Assembly: GCF_044704955.1 (NCBI RefSeq)
Contig: NC_091984.1
Span: 148,242,001 to 148,306,000, forward strand
Direction: 5' to 3'
Length of the DNA: 64,000 nucleotides
Source of the DNA: Pristiophorus japonicus
Taxonomy: Eukaryota
Below, one piece after another: positions 35,600 to 48,500 of this stretch; the stretch's first letter is position 1, and each line of letters opens with the position of its first letter. The notes beneath the pieces are model-generated. The model searched no databases and was not told the DNA's origin. It worked only from the letters and a program-made list of their open reading frames with translations. The position numbers and the translations under genes were made by a program.

Positions 35600-38500
35600 T
35601 TCACAACTAAAATAGTTCTGTGAGGCTGGCACCAGTTAAATCTGGCCTGCACCTCTTAATGGACAGGTGAAATGTGTCTGGAGCAGTTGCTGGAAGTGGC
35701 TGTGGAAGACATTTTGACCTGGACCAAGACGTACTGATGACACAACAGGGGAGAGAGCCGGCTCCAAGATCCTCCAGCACTGCACTGGAGGCCTTGGGGG
35801 AGTAGGTGCAGAGGGGGAGAAATGTTCTCTATCCACATGGGGTGAGGAGGCTCCACCAGACAAACGTTTCAAAGGCAGTGAGACCAGGACCCGAGCACCG
35901 GGATGCTGTGCCGTCAAACATTCAATGACCTCACGAGTGTGGTCAAGGTCGGTGAATTCATCTTCAAATGCCATGTCCCACCAACTGCTCCACTAGTCTC
36001 ACACACTACTCAATGCACCACACCCCCATCACCTACCTACCAACCATCTCTAGCAATCAGGACTCATTACACAAGAACATAAGGGATAGGAGCAGGAATG
36101 GAACATACAGCCCCTCGAGCTGGTCCACCATTCAATAAGATCATGGCTGATTTGATCTTGGCCTCAACTCCACTTCGCCGCCCGCTCCCTATAACCCGTG
36201 ACTCTCCTGTAGTTCAAGAATCTGTCTATCTCAGCCTTGTTTATATTCAATGACCCAGCCTCCACAGCTCTCTGGGGTAGAGAATTCCAAAGATTCACGA
36301 CCTACTGAGAGAAGAAATTCCTCCTCATCTCCGTCTTAAATGGACGACCCCTTATTCTGAATCTATGCCCCCTAGTTCCAGATTTCCCCACGAGGGGAAA
36401 CATCCACATTCACAGCTTCACCTCACCCTCACACACTTAGATTCTGCTGCAAGCCTCACGCCCACATCTCACAGCTTGCACACACTGCCAGCTCTTCAAC
36501 CATGACAGCCACATCACAGAAACACTTGGCACAACACTCACCGATACACTTCCCTCTCTTGCAGAGCAAGGTGGCCCAGAACCCGAGGCAGCAGGAGCTC
36601 AGTGGCGGGGGGCAGGCGCGTCCGGATGTCCTTATCCCCGTGGAGCAGACGGTGCTCGCCATCATTGGCGTGCCCATCGCTGAGCTCGTGGCCAGTGGCG
36701 GGGCAGAACCACAGAAGATGATGGTATGGCCTACCTAATCCTCCTTCTCACATCCCACGTCCCCCTCAGCCCACAATCCCTTCTGATTTACAAGCTGCAG
36801 ATGGTGTAAAGCATGCCCCTCTTACATCGACCCCCCCCGCAACCACCCTCCTGGCACTGCAACCCTCCCCTTGTACCTTTCTCCTTTCACATACCCAGGA
36901 ACTGCCACTTGGCCAGGCAGTGTTGGAAGAGCAAGAGGTGGAAAAGACAGAAGACATGATGGTGAAGACACACCGTCCCTCCATTTCACACTCACAGCCA
37001 CCAGCTCAGATACTGACACTGCGTGTAATGTAGAGGGTAGTGTAGAGGCGGGATCGGCACGTGGTGAGACACCAGGCACGAGGGGCATGCAGCCAGGGCA
37101 GGGGGCAAGGATGGCGCAGGTTCCAGCTCGCCGGAGGGTGAGGTCACACACGGGTTCTGGTGTAGAGGACTCAGATGAGGATTTCGATGGGTGGGCTACA
37201 GAAGAAGGCTGATGGGTATGTACAATGAAATGCTTGGTGCATTGGGAAGCCTGTCAGAAAGCCTGCGCTCAATGTCAAGGAGCACGGAGGAGTCAGGCAC
37301 CAGCTTGGCACAGGGCTTTGTGCAGAGCTTGGAGCCCATCTTTTCCAGCATGGAATGGTGGCCCACTCCATTAGGGTTCTTGTGGACCCGGCCATGATGC
37401 AGCGTCTGATGGTCGATGTCTCGGCTTCCATTGCAGCACAAGCAGCAGCCACCCAACGCCATGCAAGCTCAGATTGCTGCCATCATGGCTGCAGATTCCA
37501 GTGTTCAAAGGGGCTCGCAGGGTGTCACAGCAGTCCAGCAATCTGCCCTCCAGCAATGATGCCCCACCTTCCCCCTGGGAGTGGCAGTGGCTCCGTGGAG
37601 CACAAACCTACTGCCCTCTCTCAGAATGACAGCATTCCTTCAGACACCACTGCCACTCCACCAGTGTCGATGCTGTTGCCTGTCAGCCAGCCAGCCCAGA
37701 CTGCTGCCGCCAAGGCCGAGGTGGTGCAGTCCGCAGCCGGGCCTTCTAGGCCCAGAGCTGCTCGAGGTCGCCCTCCAAGACCATCTCCAGTCTCCCCAAC
37801 TGAAAGTCAGCAGCCTTCCAGCAGCCCTGCTGCAGCCCCTGGGGTAGCACTGCGTGACATCAGTGCGATAGGCAAAGACACACACAAGTCAGTGACTAAT
37901 GGCGATCAATTGATTTTTTGATGTAGTGTTGGATGCAGATATGGATAAAGTTGGATTGGAAAGTTTGCTTTGTGGGGGGCTTTTATTTCAGCATTGTGGC
38001 CAAGAGGACACTGTGATGGTCAGTAACAGAGGGATGGTAAGGTGTGTGACTAATGTTGAAAGGGGATTGGAGATGTCGTCACTCGGACCGCAGGCGGATG
38101 ATTCGATTCCGGATATCCCGGCCAGAAAGCGACTGTCTGGGTTGCCTCCTTCCTTCCATTTCCTCCTCCTCCCTTTGCGAGCAAAAGCTGGAAATCTGAA
38201 ATAAAGGCAATAAATGTAGGAAATACTCAGCAGGTCAGGCAGCATCTTGAGCTGAAATGTTAACTCTGTCTCTCTCCATGGATGCTGCCTGACCTACTGA
38301 GTATTTCCAGCATTCCCAGTCTTTCCAGGGACCTTCCTTTACCACCAGAAGCCTTGCACGTGTCCAGCAGCACCCCTTGCATTCCCTGCACACTGAAAAA
38401 ACATTGAGCATTTATTGCACCAAGCCATTACTTCCACAAAATATATTGTTTAAAACAGTCCCGAGCTTAAATGCAAACATACCTGAAAGATGTATGGCCC

Positions 38501-38792
38501 ATTAAGAAGCACCAACAGCGTCTGTGCAGGGCTGCTTCACGCCTGCTTTTCTGTGCGTACTTAGGGCAGGACGATATGGTGAGCGCAAACGCCCCAATTA
38601 GCCGTCGTGGCTCGAGTCAGGCATTGGTGTCACCATCTGACAATTCATATTTTGAGGTGTGTGCTGCCAACGACAGCGGTAAGGCCCTTACCAAAATGTG
38701 GATGACGTGTCCCGGGCTGCAAGCAAGGCGGCCACGATTATTTCAACAAAACCCTCTCAATGGCTGGTGCTACACCCTGGAAATTCTAGGCC
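35600..38792 (+). mobile_element. Decayed PIF/Harbinger DNA transposon with an intron-containing Myb/SANT-like gene
   Basis: Exon-like pieces RExAPRxSxxALEAL..VLYP..CRQTFNDLTSVVK|gt (35750-35950) and ag|SKVAQNPRQQELSGGG..VEQTVLAIIG (36564-36725); possible TIR end ggaaattctaggcc at ~38780-38792; CR1 piece in the intron. Confidence 0.6.
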
Positions 38793-38799
38793 AAAGAAT

Positions 38800-40790
38800 C
38801 ATAAGAACAAAAGAAATAGGAGCAGGACTAGGCCATTTGGCCCCTCGAGCCTGCTCCGCCATTCAATAAGATCATGGCTGATCTGATCCTGGGCTCAGCT
38901 CCATTTCCCTACCCGCTGCCCATAACCCTTTACTGCCTTATCGTTCAAAAATCTGTCTATCTCCACCTTAAATACATTCAATGACCCAGTCTCCACAGCT
39001 CTCTTGGGCAGAGAATTCCACAGATTTACAACCCTCTGAGAGAAGAAATTCCTCCTCATCTCAATTCTAAATGGGCGACCCCTTATCCTTTAACTCTGCC
39101 CCCTAGTTCTTCATTCTCCTATGACTGGAAACATCCTCTCTGCATCTGCCTTGTCGAGCCCCCTCAGAATCTTATATGTTTCAACAAGTTCATCTCTCAT
39201 TCTTCTAAACTCCAAAGAGTATACGTGGAGTGGGCGTGGAAGTGGAGCTGAGTCCATGATCAGATCAGCCATGACCTTATTGAATGGTGGAGGGGCCGTA
39301 TGGCCTACTCCTGTTCCTATTTCTTATGTTCTGATTAACCTGCTCAACCTTTATTCATAAGTCAGCCCCTTCATCTCAGGCAGGAATCAACCTCGTGAAC
39401 CTTATCTGAACTGCCTCCAGTGCAAATAAATCTCTCCTTATAATAAGGAGACCAAAACTGTACACAGTTCTCTCGGTGTGGTCTCACCAATACCTTGTAC
39501 AGATGTAGCAGAACTTCCCTGCTTTTATACTCTATCCCCCTTGCAATTAAGGCCAACATTCCATTTGCCTTCCTGAGTATTTGCTGTACCTGCATACTAA
39601 CTTTTTGTGTTTCATGCGCAAGGAACCCCAGGTCCTGCTGTACTACAGCATTTTGTAATCTCTCTTCATTTAAATAATAATTTGCTCTTTGATTTTTTAC
39701 ACTCGGTCCCTTCATCCAAGTTATTACCATAAATTGTAAATAGTTGAGGCCCCAACACCGATCCCTGTGAAACCCCACTAGTTACCGTTTGCTGACTCCC
39801 CGTTTTCTGTTAGTTAGCCAATCCTCTATCCATGCTAATATATTAGCACCAACCCCGTGTTCTCTTATTCCCACAGTGCTGTTATAGAGGGAGTTCCAGG
39901 GTTTTGCCCCTGTGATGATGAAGGAACGGACTATATTTTTCCAAGTCAGGATGGTGTGTGACTTGGAGGAGAACTTACAGGTGATGGTGTTCCCATGCAC
40001 CTGCTGCCCTTGTCCTTCTAAGTGGTAGAGGTCGTGGGTTTGGGAGGTGCTGCCGAAGAAGCCTTGGTGAGTTACTGCAGTGCATCTTGTACATAGTACA
40101 CACTGCAGCCACGGTGCGCCGGTGGTGGAGGGAGTGAGTGTTGAAGGTGGTGGATCAAGCGGGCTCCTTTGTCCTGGATGGTGTCGAGCTTCTTGAGAAT
40201 TGTTGGAGCTGCCCTCATCCAGGCAAGTGGAGAGGTTCCATCAAACTCCTGACTTGTGCCTTGTAGATGGTGGAAAGGCTTTGGGGAGTCAGGAGGTGAG
40301 ACACTCGCCACAGAATACCCAGCCTCTGACCTGCTCTTGTAGCCACAGTATTTATGTGGCTGGTCCAGTTAAGTTTCTGGTCAATGGTGACCCCCAGGAT
40401 GTTGATGGTGGGAGGTTTGGTGATGGTAATGCCGTTGAATGTCAAGGGGCAGTGGTTAGATTCTCTCTTGTTGGGAGAATGGTCATTGCCTGACACTTGT
40501 GTGGCATGAATGTTACTTGCCACTTATTAACCCAAGCCTGAATGTCTTCCAGGTCTTGCTGCATGCGGGCACAGATTGCTTCATTATCTGAGGAGGATTA
40601 ATGAAGGAAAGCCAACACGGATTTATTAAAGGCAAATTGTGTTCAACTAAATTGATTGAGTTTTTTGATGAGGTAACAGAGAGGGTTGATGAGGACAATG
40701 CAGTTGACGTATTCCAAAAGGCGTTTGATAAAGTGCCATATAATAGGCCTGCCAGCAAAGTTGAAGCCCATGGAATGGGGAATGGAAGCA
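38800..40790. mobile_element. Mixed decayed CR1/CR1-group LINE fragments
   Basis: CR1 3' end on the minus strand at 38800-39860; RT C-terminal fragment at 39870-40585; plus-strand RT piece from 40590. Confidence 0.7.
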
Positions 40791-40969
40791 TAGTGGTAAT
40801 GTTACTGGGCTAATAATTCAGAAAAGTAAAACAATAATCCTACAGACATGAGTTCAAATCCCATCACAGCAGCTGGGAAATATATGTTCAATTAAATAAA
40901 TCTGGAATAAAAAAGCTTGTGTTAATAATGGTGATCATGTGGTTAACACTTAATGGCCCAGTGAGTCAC

Positions 40970-42566
40970 TGTAAGATGTGTGGATTTACCCCTCACACCG
41001 TCCAACAGTTTATAGAGTTCGGACCTGTGGAACAGACAGCTCAAGACAAAAATTTCTGGAATAAGTTCTCTTTACTTAAAATCACCAAGAGGTTACAAGT
41101 AAGTCTCTAATAGTACTGTTACACTCAGTAATCCCGGGTTATAAACAAGCCTCTAATACTAATTTTGAAGCTCTTTTTACACTACAAAACTAGGAGTAAT
41201 GGGCAGTCCCTCAGTGTGTCTGTGTCGCATTCGATGGGAGTAATGGGCAGTCACTCAGTGTGTCCGTGTCCCATTCGATGGGAGTAATGGGCAGTCCCTC
41301 AGTGTGTCCATGTCCCATTCGATGGGAGTAATGGGCAGTCTCTCAGTGTGTCCGTGTCCCATTCGATGGCAGTAATGGGCAGTCCCTCAGTGTGTCCATG
41401 TCCCATTCGATGGGAGTAATGGGCAGTTCCTCAGTGTGGCTGTGTCTCATTCAATGGGAGTAATGGGCAGTCCCTTAGTGTGTCCATGTCCCATTCAATG
41501 GGAGTAATGGGCAGTCCCTCAGTGTGGCTGTGTCTCATTCAATGGGAGTAATGGGCAGTCCCTTAGTGTGTCCATGTCCCATTCAATGGGAGTAATGGGC
41601 AGTCCCTCAGTGTGGCTGTGTCTCATTCAATGGGAGTAATGGGCAGTCCCTTAGTGTGTCCATGTCCCATTCAATGGGAGTAATGGGCAGTCCCTCAGTG
41701 TGTCCATGTCCCATTCGCTGGGAGTAATGGGCAGTCCCTCAGTGTGTCCGTGTCCCATTCGCTGGGAGTAATGGGCAGTCCCTCAGTGTGTCCGTGTCCT
41801 ATTCGATGGGCGTAATGGGCAGTCCCTCAGTGTGTCCGTGTCCCATTCGCTGGGAGTAATGGGCAGTCCCTCAGTGTGTCCATGTCCCATTCGATGGGAG
41901 TAATGTGCAGTCCCTCAGTGTGTTCTTGTCCCACTCAATGGGAGTAATGGGCAGTCCCTCAGTGTGTCCATGTTCCATTTGATGGGAGTAATGGGCAGTC
42001 CCTCAGTGTGTCCGTGTCCCATTCGATGGGAGTAATGGGCAGTCCCTCAGTGTGTCCGTGTCCCATTCGATGGGAGTAATGGGCAGTCCCTCAGTGTGTC
42101 CGTGTCCCATTCGATGGGAGTAATGGGCAGTCCCTCAGTGTGTCCATGTCCCATTCGATGGGAGTAATGGGCAGTCCCTCAGTGTGTCCGTGTCCCATTC
42201 GATGGGAGTAATGGGCAGTCCCTCAGTGTGTCCATGTCTCATTCGATGGGAGGAATGGCCGTAGATGTTCTTCTCCTCTCCTGATCAACCAGCTAGACAG
42301 TTAATCAGTCGAATGCAAAACTGGAGACTTCTTGTGTGCTGATGTTCCTGTTTCTGAGTCTGTTCTCGCAAAGTTCTCACGGTCTGAAGGCCACTATTTC
42401 CCTTACCTGTGAAACACAGCTTTCGAAGTAGCTCAACCACAGGACAGCTTGCAGCGTTCAGCAGCTTTAATGGACATTTGTGCAGCAGAAAGTCCTGTTG
42501 GCCTCGCGAGGCATGCTGGTACATAAAATCTGGTCAAGTTACAGCAAACTTGTACAAAATCTTACC
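40970..42566 (-). mobile_element. LTR-like insertion carrying the 44-bp minisatellite, inside a SINE
   Basis: Inverted termini tGTAAGAT..ATCTTACc, imperfect 4-bp TSD tcac/ccac; flanking SINE-like sequence joins across it. Confidence 0.55.
41193..42258. repeat. 44-bp minisatellite, 24 copies
   Basis: Unit gggagtaatgggcagtccctcagtgtgtccgtgtcccattcgat; exact period 44 from 41195 to 42251. Confidence 0.97.
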
Positions 42567-42709
42567 CCACTCAGTTGTACCAAACTGCTATTAAAAAAAG
42601 GAACAGCGGTTCTTCTCAAGGGCAATTAGGGATGGGCAATAAATGCTGGCCTTTCCGGTGATGCCCACATCGCAGGAACAAATAAAAAAAATAAACGGGA
42701 CAGTGGCAG

Positions 42710-43169
42710 TGTCGAGGAAATTTCTAAGTTAATTAACTCAGGCGGAGGCTTCAGAATCGTGCTTCGAGAGAATTTTATTTTAAAAAGCGAAATATCTCGG
42801 AGAGCCTGCTTGGACCATACCAAGGCAGAAAACTCTCCTGTACAAGCAAATTGTCCCTATCTTTATACAGAAATAGAATACAGAAATAGAAAAGGAATCT
42901 TATTCATTAGTTCCGTGAGTACAAAGGTCGTCTCGGGAGGCACACACTCTATCTGTCCTTGCATAGTTTCTCCCTGTTCACAGTCTGATAAGCAGAGTAT
43001 CAGGAGACTCCCTGTTAATACCGGATAGTCATTTAATTACATTTCTAAGTTTTAAGGCTAAAAAGTGTGGGTGTTGTTCTAGTCCTATTATTTCTTCAAA
43101 TATAGCAAAAACAGAATTCAACCCTTCCCTTTACCATAAGCCATGGATTCATAGATTCTTTCTTCCACA
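42710..43169 (-). repeat. ERV 3' LTR (460 bp)
   Basis: 8 substitutions + 1 indel versus the 5' LTR by manual alignment; preceded on the minus strand by PPT aagaagggaat (43170-43180). Confidence 0.96.
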
Positions 43170-45282
43170 ATTCCCTTCTTGTTGATTTTTTTTTCAGATC
43201 AACACAATTTCCTATATTCTCTTCTTGCGCAAAAGGGGGTTCATACCCTTCAGGATAGGGTCGCATTTTGAGATATTCGTCTTCATCAACCTTTTCCTCT
43301 AAGCAACTTAACCTTCCTTTCATGCACACACTTTTCCTTTCTATTTCGGAGATCAGGCCTATTACTTGACTAATTACATTTTTTTATTTTATCCACATTC
43401 CGCAAAGGATTATTAATAATACAAGCATAACCACACCTACGATTACTATGGGGTGTATAGCAAGCTTCAGTACTGCTGTAGCTTTTGGGGACCATCCGGT
43501 AAACACATCCCACCAGTGGTGTACTGTCAAAGAGGTGACTTCGTCTACAATTCTTACTAGTTGCCCCTTCTTGTAACTCATTTCGACTCTAAATTGGTGG
43601 ATGTTTCTGCCTTGCTTTGACAGAGCTTCCTCAATTTTCTTGTCATTCCGTATCAAATTGTGCAGTCTGGTCAGATTAATTACGGGGGGTAAGGGTTCAA
43701 TCTTGTGCATAGACAGATATTTTTCTACATTTTGCCATTGCCCAAAGGTATAAGTTGTTTTTACTTCAGGGTCATACAGGGAGTAGACTCTTCTCACGCA
43801 TTTATTAATGGGGGGTTTATACAAAATTCCATCCAGAGAGACAGGTTTATTTCCTGTCACACAGACCTCATTCTGTCCTATTTCCGTAATATCAGTGTCA
43901 TTTGTTGGCTTTAATTCCCATTTACATACTCCAATGGAGTGCTGCAGTGAGCATGGTTCGTATATGGCGGTCTGATAGGGACATACCATTCCGAATGGCC
44001 ACCTAGCATCTGGTGATGTGTCATATTCTTCTCATCGACCCAATCTCCTTTAAATTCTGGGTACCAGAATTTCTGTCCAAACAGTTGGGGCATTACTTGG
44101 AACTGACACCAAATTTATTTTCGTGTCTTACTTACTATCTCCACAGTAACTTTACATCCTTTTGAATTACAACTGGTATATCTTTTTTTTGAGGGTTAAT
44201 GGTTAAATTAAGAAGCTTATCCCTTTTGTTAATTTCCAGCAACCTTTCCCATGTGTTAGCATGGAAGGATAATATTTTCCTTTCTAACTCGGCTCTTAAT
44301 AGCTGTCTGATCATTTCTTTAAACAGGCAATGGGTGTACTTGTTACTCCCTGTTGTTCCTTTATTAGGTTCTCTATTTCCTTCTCTACCCTTTCATTCTG
44401 TTGCCAGGTCATTTCATTTAGGACGTAACCTGATATCTGTAATTGCTGTAATCCTTCATCCCAGGCATTTCTGATTTTTATATCTTCCCCTACCAGTCCT
44501 CCGACGGCCTGGATTTTATTTTGTAGGGTCTCAATATCCATGGAGTTCAATGCTCCTATTCCTGCTCCCACTCCACCTAACACAGTCTCTAATACATCCC
44601 GTTTCTTTCTTTGGGGTCTTTCTTTTTCAAAAGATACCTTAACACTGGTTGTGTGGCAACCATCTTCTTTCTTTGGGGGATATTTAATTCGTATTGTTAG
44701 ATTTAATACACCTGGGGATCTTACCACTGGGATGCAAGTGGTCAGTATCCTTTTTAGATGTCCCGGGTCCCGGTCTTCTGGGTGGCCAGATTATTTTACT
44801 GACCATTTTACCACGAATGGGTCTCCTCCATTCACCGGGGTGTTATTCATGCACAACATCCGCTGCCCTTCTACCATACTTGTAAATGAATAAAGGAGGA
44901 AGTCTTTTCTCTCGTCCGGCCCTCCTATGTACCCCCATCTCTTGTTTTTCCCCGTGCTGTGGGTACACTTCATCCACACATCGGCCTGGTATTCTATGAA
45001 CAACTGATACCCTTTCCCCAATATAAACTGGAATTCCCCTCTTTCTTCTTTCATTCCACACGCCTCACATCGTGTCGTAAAGTTCCCTACTTTACAACTT
45101 TGGCCTACTGTGCATATAAAATTGCCTTGTTGCCTTGCACTATTACTTCTTTCCCATACCATATTTCCCTTCCATACTCTTCCTTCTTTTAGAACTTCTT
45201 CCTCCTGCCGGGAGTTCCCTGTCGCTAAAATGATCAGTATACCTAACGTCCATTTATAATTTTTCCAAGAGTCCCTTCCCAT
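43096..45282 (-). pseudogene. env: ERV envelope gene (disrupted by about 3 stops and 2 frameshifts)
   Basis: Signal peptide MGRDSWKNYKWTLGILIILA, furin site RKKR, fusion peptide DVLETVLGGVGAGIGAL, membrane anchor IVIVGVVMLVLLIILCGMW; the tail continues in frame after the TAA at 43384. Confidence 0.9.
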
Positions 45283-45409
45283 CTTCCCTTTCTTGTTTGT
45301 TTCTATACCACTCTTGAATTAAGTCGTTACAATAACAACACGTCCACACGATAGTAACAGTGGCCCAAATAATAAAGGCCCAAACTGGCACACAAATGAG
45401 CTCTGACAT
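45254..45409 (-). CDS. Putative ERV accessory single-pass membrane protein (51 aa)
   Basis: Manual translation MSELICVPVWAFIIWATVTIVWTCCYCNDLIQEWYRNKQEREDGKGLLEKL*; lies between the pol stop and env, overlapping the env ATG by 29 nt. Confidence 0.6.
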   Translation of the reverse strand: MSELICVPVWAFIIWATVTIVWTCCYCNDLIQEWYRNKQEREDGKGLLEKL

Positions 45410-45507
45410 CCGTTCCTGAACTTTTGGGCAGTACTTTCAAGTCCAAATATTTAATTTAATGCAAGAGCAGGTACAGTTCTTCAGCGAGAAGATGGCCTTT
45501 TTCTTAG

Positions 45508-48500
45508 TCAGGCAATCGTAGTACGTCCTGGTTCGATGCCTTTTCTTTTGGCTGTATTTCGTCGGGAAAATAATTTACAATGGGTTGCATGCACCCAATT
45601 TGGATGCTTTTCCAACTTCCGCGCAGTTCGTGTTGTGAGAATTATCTGATATGGTCCTTTCCACCGAGGAGAAAAGGATTCTTTGTTTAATGTTTTTACC
45701 AGCAGTTGATCTCCAGGCCTGAAAGGGTGCATATTTCCTTCCGACGGGGGCACCTGTGTCTGCTTTATTTGTTCATGCAGACTCCTTGCTATTTCACACA
45801 TGGCCTGAGCATACTTTAGTGATTTTTCATCATTCCAAATTAATGCTATTTTTTCAGCTGCCAGTGGTGGTTTTACGCCAGTAGGCATTGGTCTTCCCAA
45901 TAAGGCTTCATGTGGTGTCAAACCAGTGTTTCGGTTTTTCTGGTTTCTCATTGTATACAATACCAATGGTAAGGCATCTGGCCACTTTAGTCCAGTCTCC
46001 TGGCATACCTTGGTAAGGGTAGATTTTATTATCCCATTTACTCTTTCTACCATTCCCGAGGACTGTGGCTGATATGGTATATGTAACTTCCACTGGAAAC
46101 CTAACGCTTCTGCAAGGTTTTGCACTATTTTTCCGGTGAAGTGTGTTCCCCTGTCACTGTTGATTCCCATAGGTATCCCATATCTTGGTACTGTTTCTTT
46201 AAATAGAATTTTTACTACTATTCGGACATCGTCTCTCCTCGTGGCGTACGCTTCTACCCACCTTGTGAACATGTCTATTATGACTAATAGGTACTTAAGA
46301 CCTGATACTGGAGGCGTGTGGATAAAATCAATTTGCAAATTTTCAAAGGGCATACTTGGCTGGGGTAGATGATCATATTCAGCAGGTGTTTTACCTTTGT
46401 TATTTTGTTGACAAATTTGGCATGTTCTCGCAACTTTCTCAATTACTACTGTTATTCCTGGTGCATACCACTGTGCATTAATAGCATGTATCATCCCTCC
46501 TTTGCCCATTTGAGCCTGACCATGTGCTAGGCGAGACAGGGGCAAAAATAGAGATTTAGGGCAAACAGTTCGCCCATCAGGGTGACACCAGATGTCGTTC
46601 TTGAGAAAACAACCCTGGTTTTCCCAAGTTCTTCCTTCCTGCATGGTAACTTGTTGTTGGGCTGTTTTAAGTTGTTGGATGTCAAGTACCTGTGGAGGGG
46701 AGACTGAGACTGCTTGAAGGCAGTCTGCCTGTGCCGAAGTGGCCTGTTTGGCTGCCTCGTCAGCCCTCCTATTTCCTACTGATACTTCATCCTCACCGGT
46801 TGTGTGAGCTGCACATTTGATGACGGCTACCTTACTTGGCAACTGAATGGCATCTAATAGATTAAGTACCAGTTGAGAGTGCTTAATATGCTTTCCATCA
46901 GAGGTGATAAAGCCTCTGTTTTTCCACAGTTGTCCAAAATCATGGACCACACCAAATGCATATCTGGAATCAGTATAGATATTAGCAGTATGATCTTTAG
47001 CTATTATACAAGCTCTAGTGAGGGCAAACAATTCAGCAGCCTGAGCCGAGGTTCCGGGAGGCAGGGCGAATGCTTCAACAGTTTCGTGGGGATTTACAAT
47101 AGCATAGCCTGCCAACAGCAAGTCATCCGACGGCCTATGTGATGATCCATCCGTATAGAGAATAAGATCAGGATTGTCCATGGGCTCTGTGAGCAAATCT
47201 GGTCTTGGTAAGGTGGCTATTTCCACTGTTAACAGACAATCATGCTGGTCTGGATCCTCTATTCTTTAGTAGGAAGAAAGGTGGCTGGGTTTACTACCGG
47301 TGCGCGTCGAAAGGTATAGTTAGGGTGTGACAGCAGTAATACTTCATAACCTGTTCTTCTAGACGCTGTAAAGTGTTGTGTGGCAGCTGAATTCAAAAGT
47401 AATAACACAGCATGGGCTGTAATGACAGCACATAGATAATCCAAAACAATAGGTACCGACTTCTCCACCATGACTGCAGTAGCAGCTACAGCACGTAGAC
47501 ATGCTGGCATTCCCCTTACTACTGGAGGCAGCAAAATCGAATAATAAGCAACTGGTCTATTTCCCCCACCATGTTCGTGGGTTAGTACTGCGGTTGCAAA
47601 TCCTTCTTTCTCATTCACATACATCTGAAAAGGTTTACCATAATTCGGAAGTCCCAACGCCGGAGCATTAGTAATGGCCTCCTTTAACTGTTTAAAAGCC
47701 TCCTCTCTCTCTGGGGTCCACTCCACCTTGGGTGGGGCATCATTTAGGGCAGCTGATCTTAGGACCGCATCCCATTCTCGATAATCGGGGATCCATTGTC
47801 TACAGTACCCAACCATCCCCAAAAATGACAAGATATCCTTCTTTGTCTTTGGTATGGGGGCACTTTGAATTGTCTGAATTCTTTCTGGTCCTAGCTGCCT
47901 CTGCCCTTGAGATATGTGAAAACCCAGGTACTGGACTTGAGTCTGACAAAATTGTAACTTTGGTAACGACACTCGGTGCCCTCTTTCACATAGGTTCTGT
48001 AACAGTTTTAGGGAGTCTTGTACGCACCTGTATCCGTGGCTAGAAGCCACAAGCAAATCGTCCGCATACTGCAACAGCACAGACTGGTCTGATAATGAAC
48101 AGTCGTCAAGGTCTCTTTTTACTGCTGCTGCATATACTGCGGGGCTTTCGGTGTATCCTTGGGGCAATCTGGTCCATGTGTACTGCTGCTTCTTGTGGGT
48201 GAAAGCAAACAGATACTGACTTTCTTGATTTAAGGGATGGAGAAAAAAGCTGAACACAGGTCTATCACAGTAAAGACAGTTGCTGTTGGTGGTATAGCAG
48301 ATAGTATAATGTTGGTGTCCGGTACCACAGGGATGATAGGGACTACTATCTTATTAATAGCTCTCAGATCTTGCACAAATCTCCATTCATTCGGCCTATT
48401 AACCTTTGGTATGGGCAGTATCGGAGTGTTACACGGGCTCTGTGTCTTTTTTAAAACTCCTTGTTCCAACAATGCAGAAATGACTGGCTCTATCCCATTT

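Noticed and set aside
41193-42258. CRISPR-like array (regular period, palindromic core)
   Set aside because: No unique spacers (whole units are repeated), no cas genes, vertebrate context
45440-45560. Second small Cys-containing reading frame after integrase (..KNCTCSC..)
   Set aside because: No ATG; would require an unproven splice
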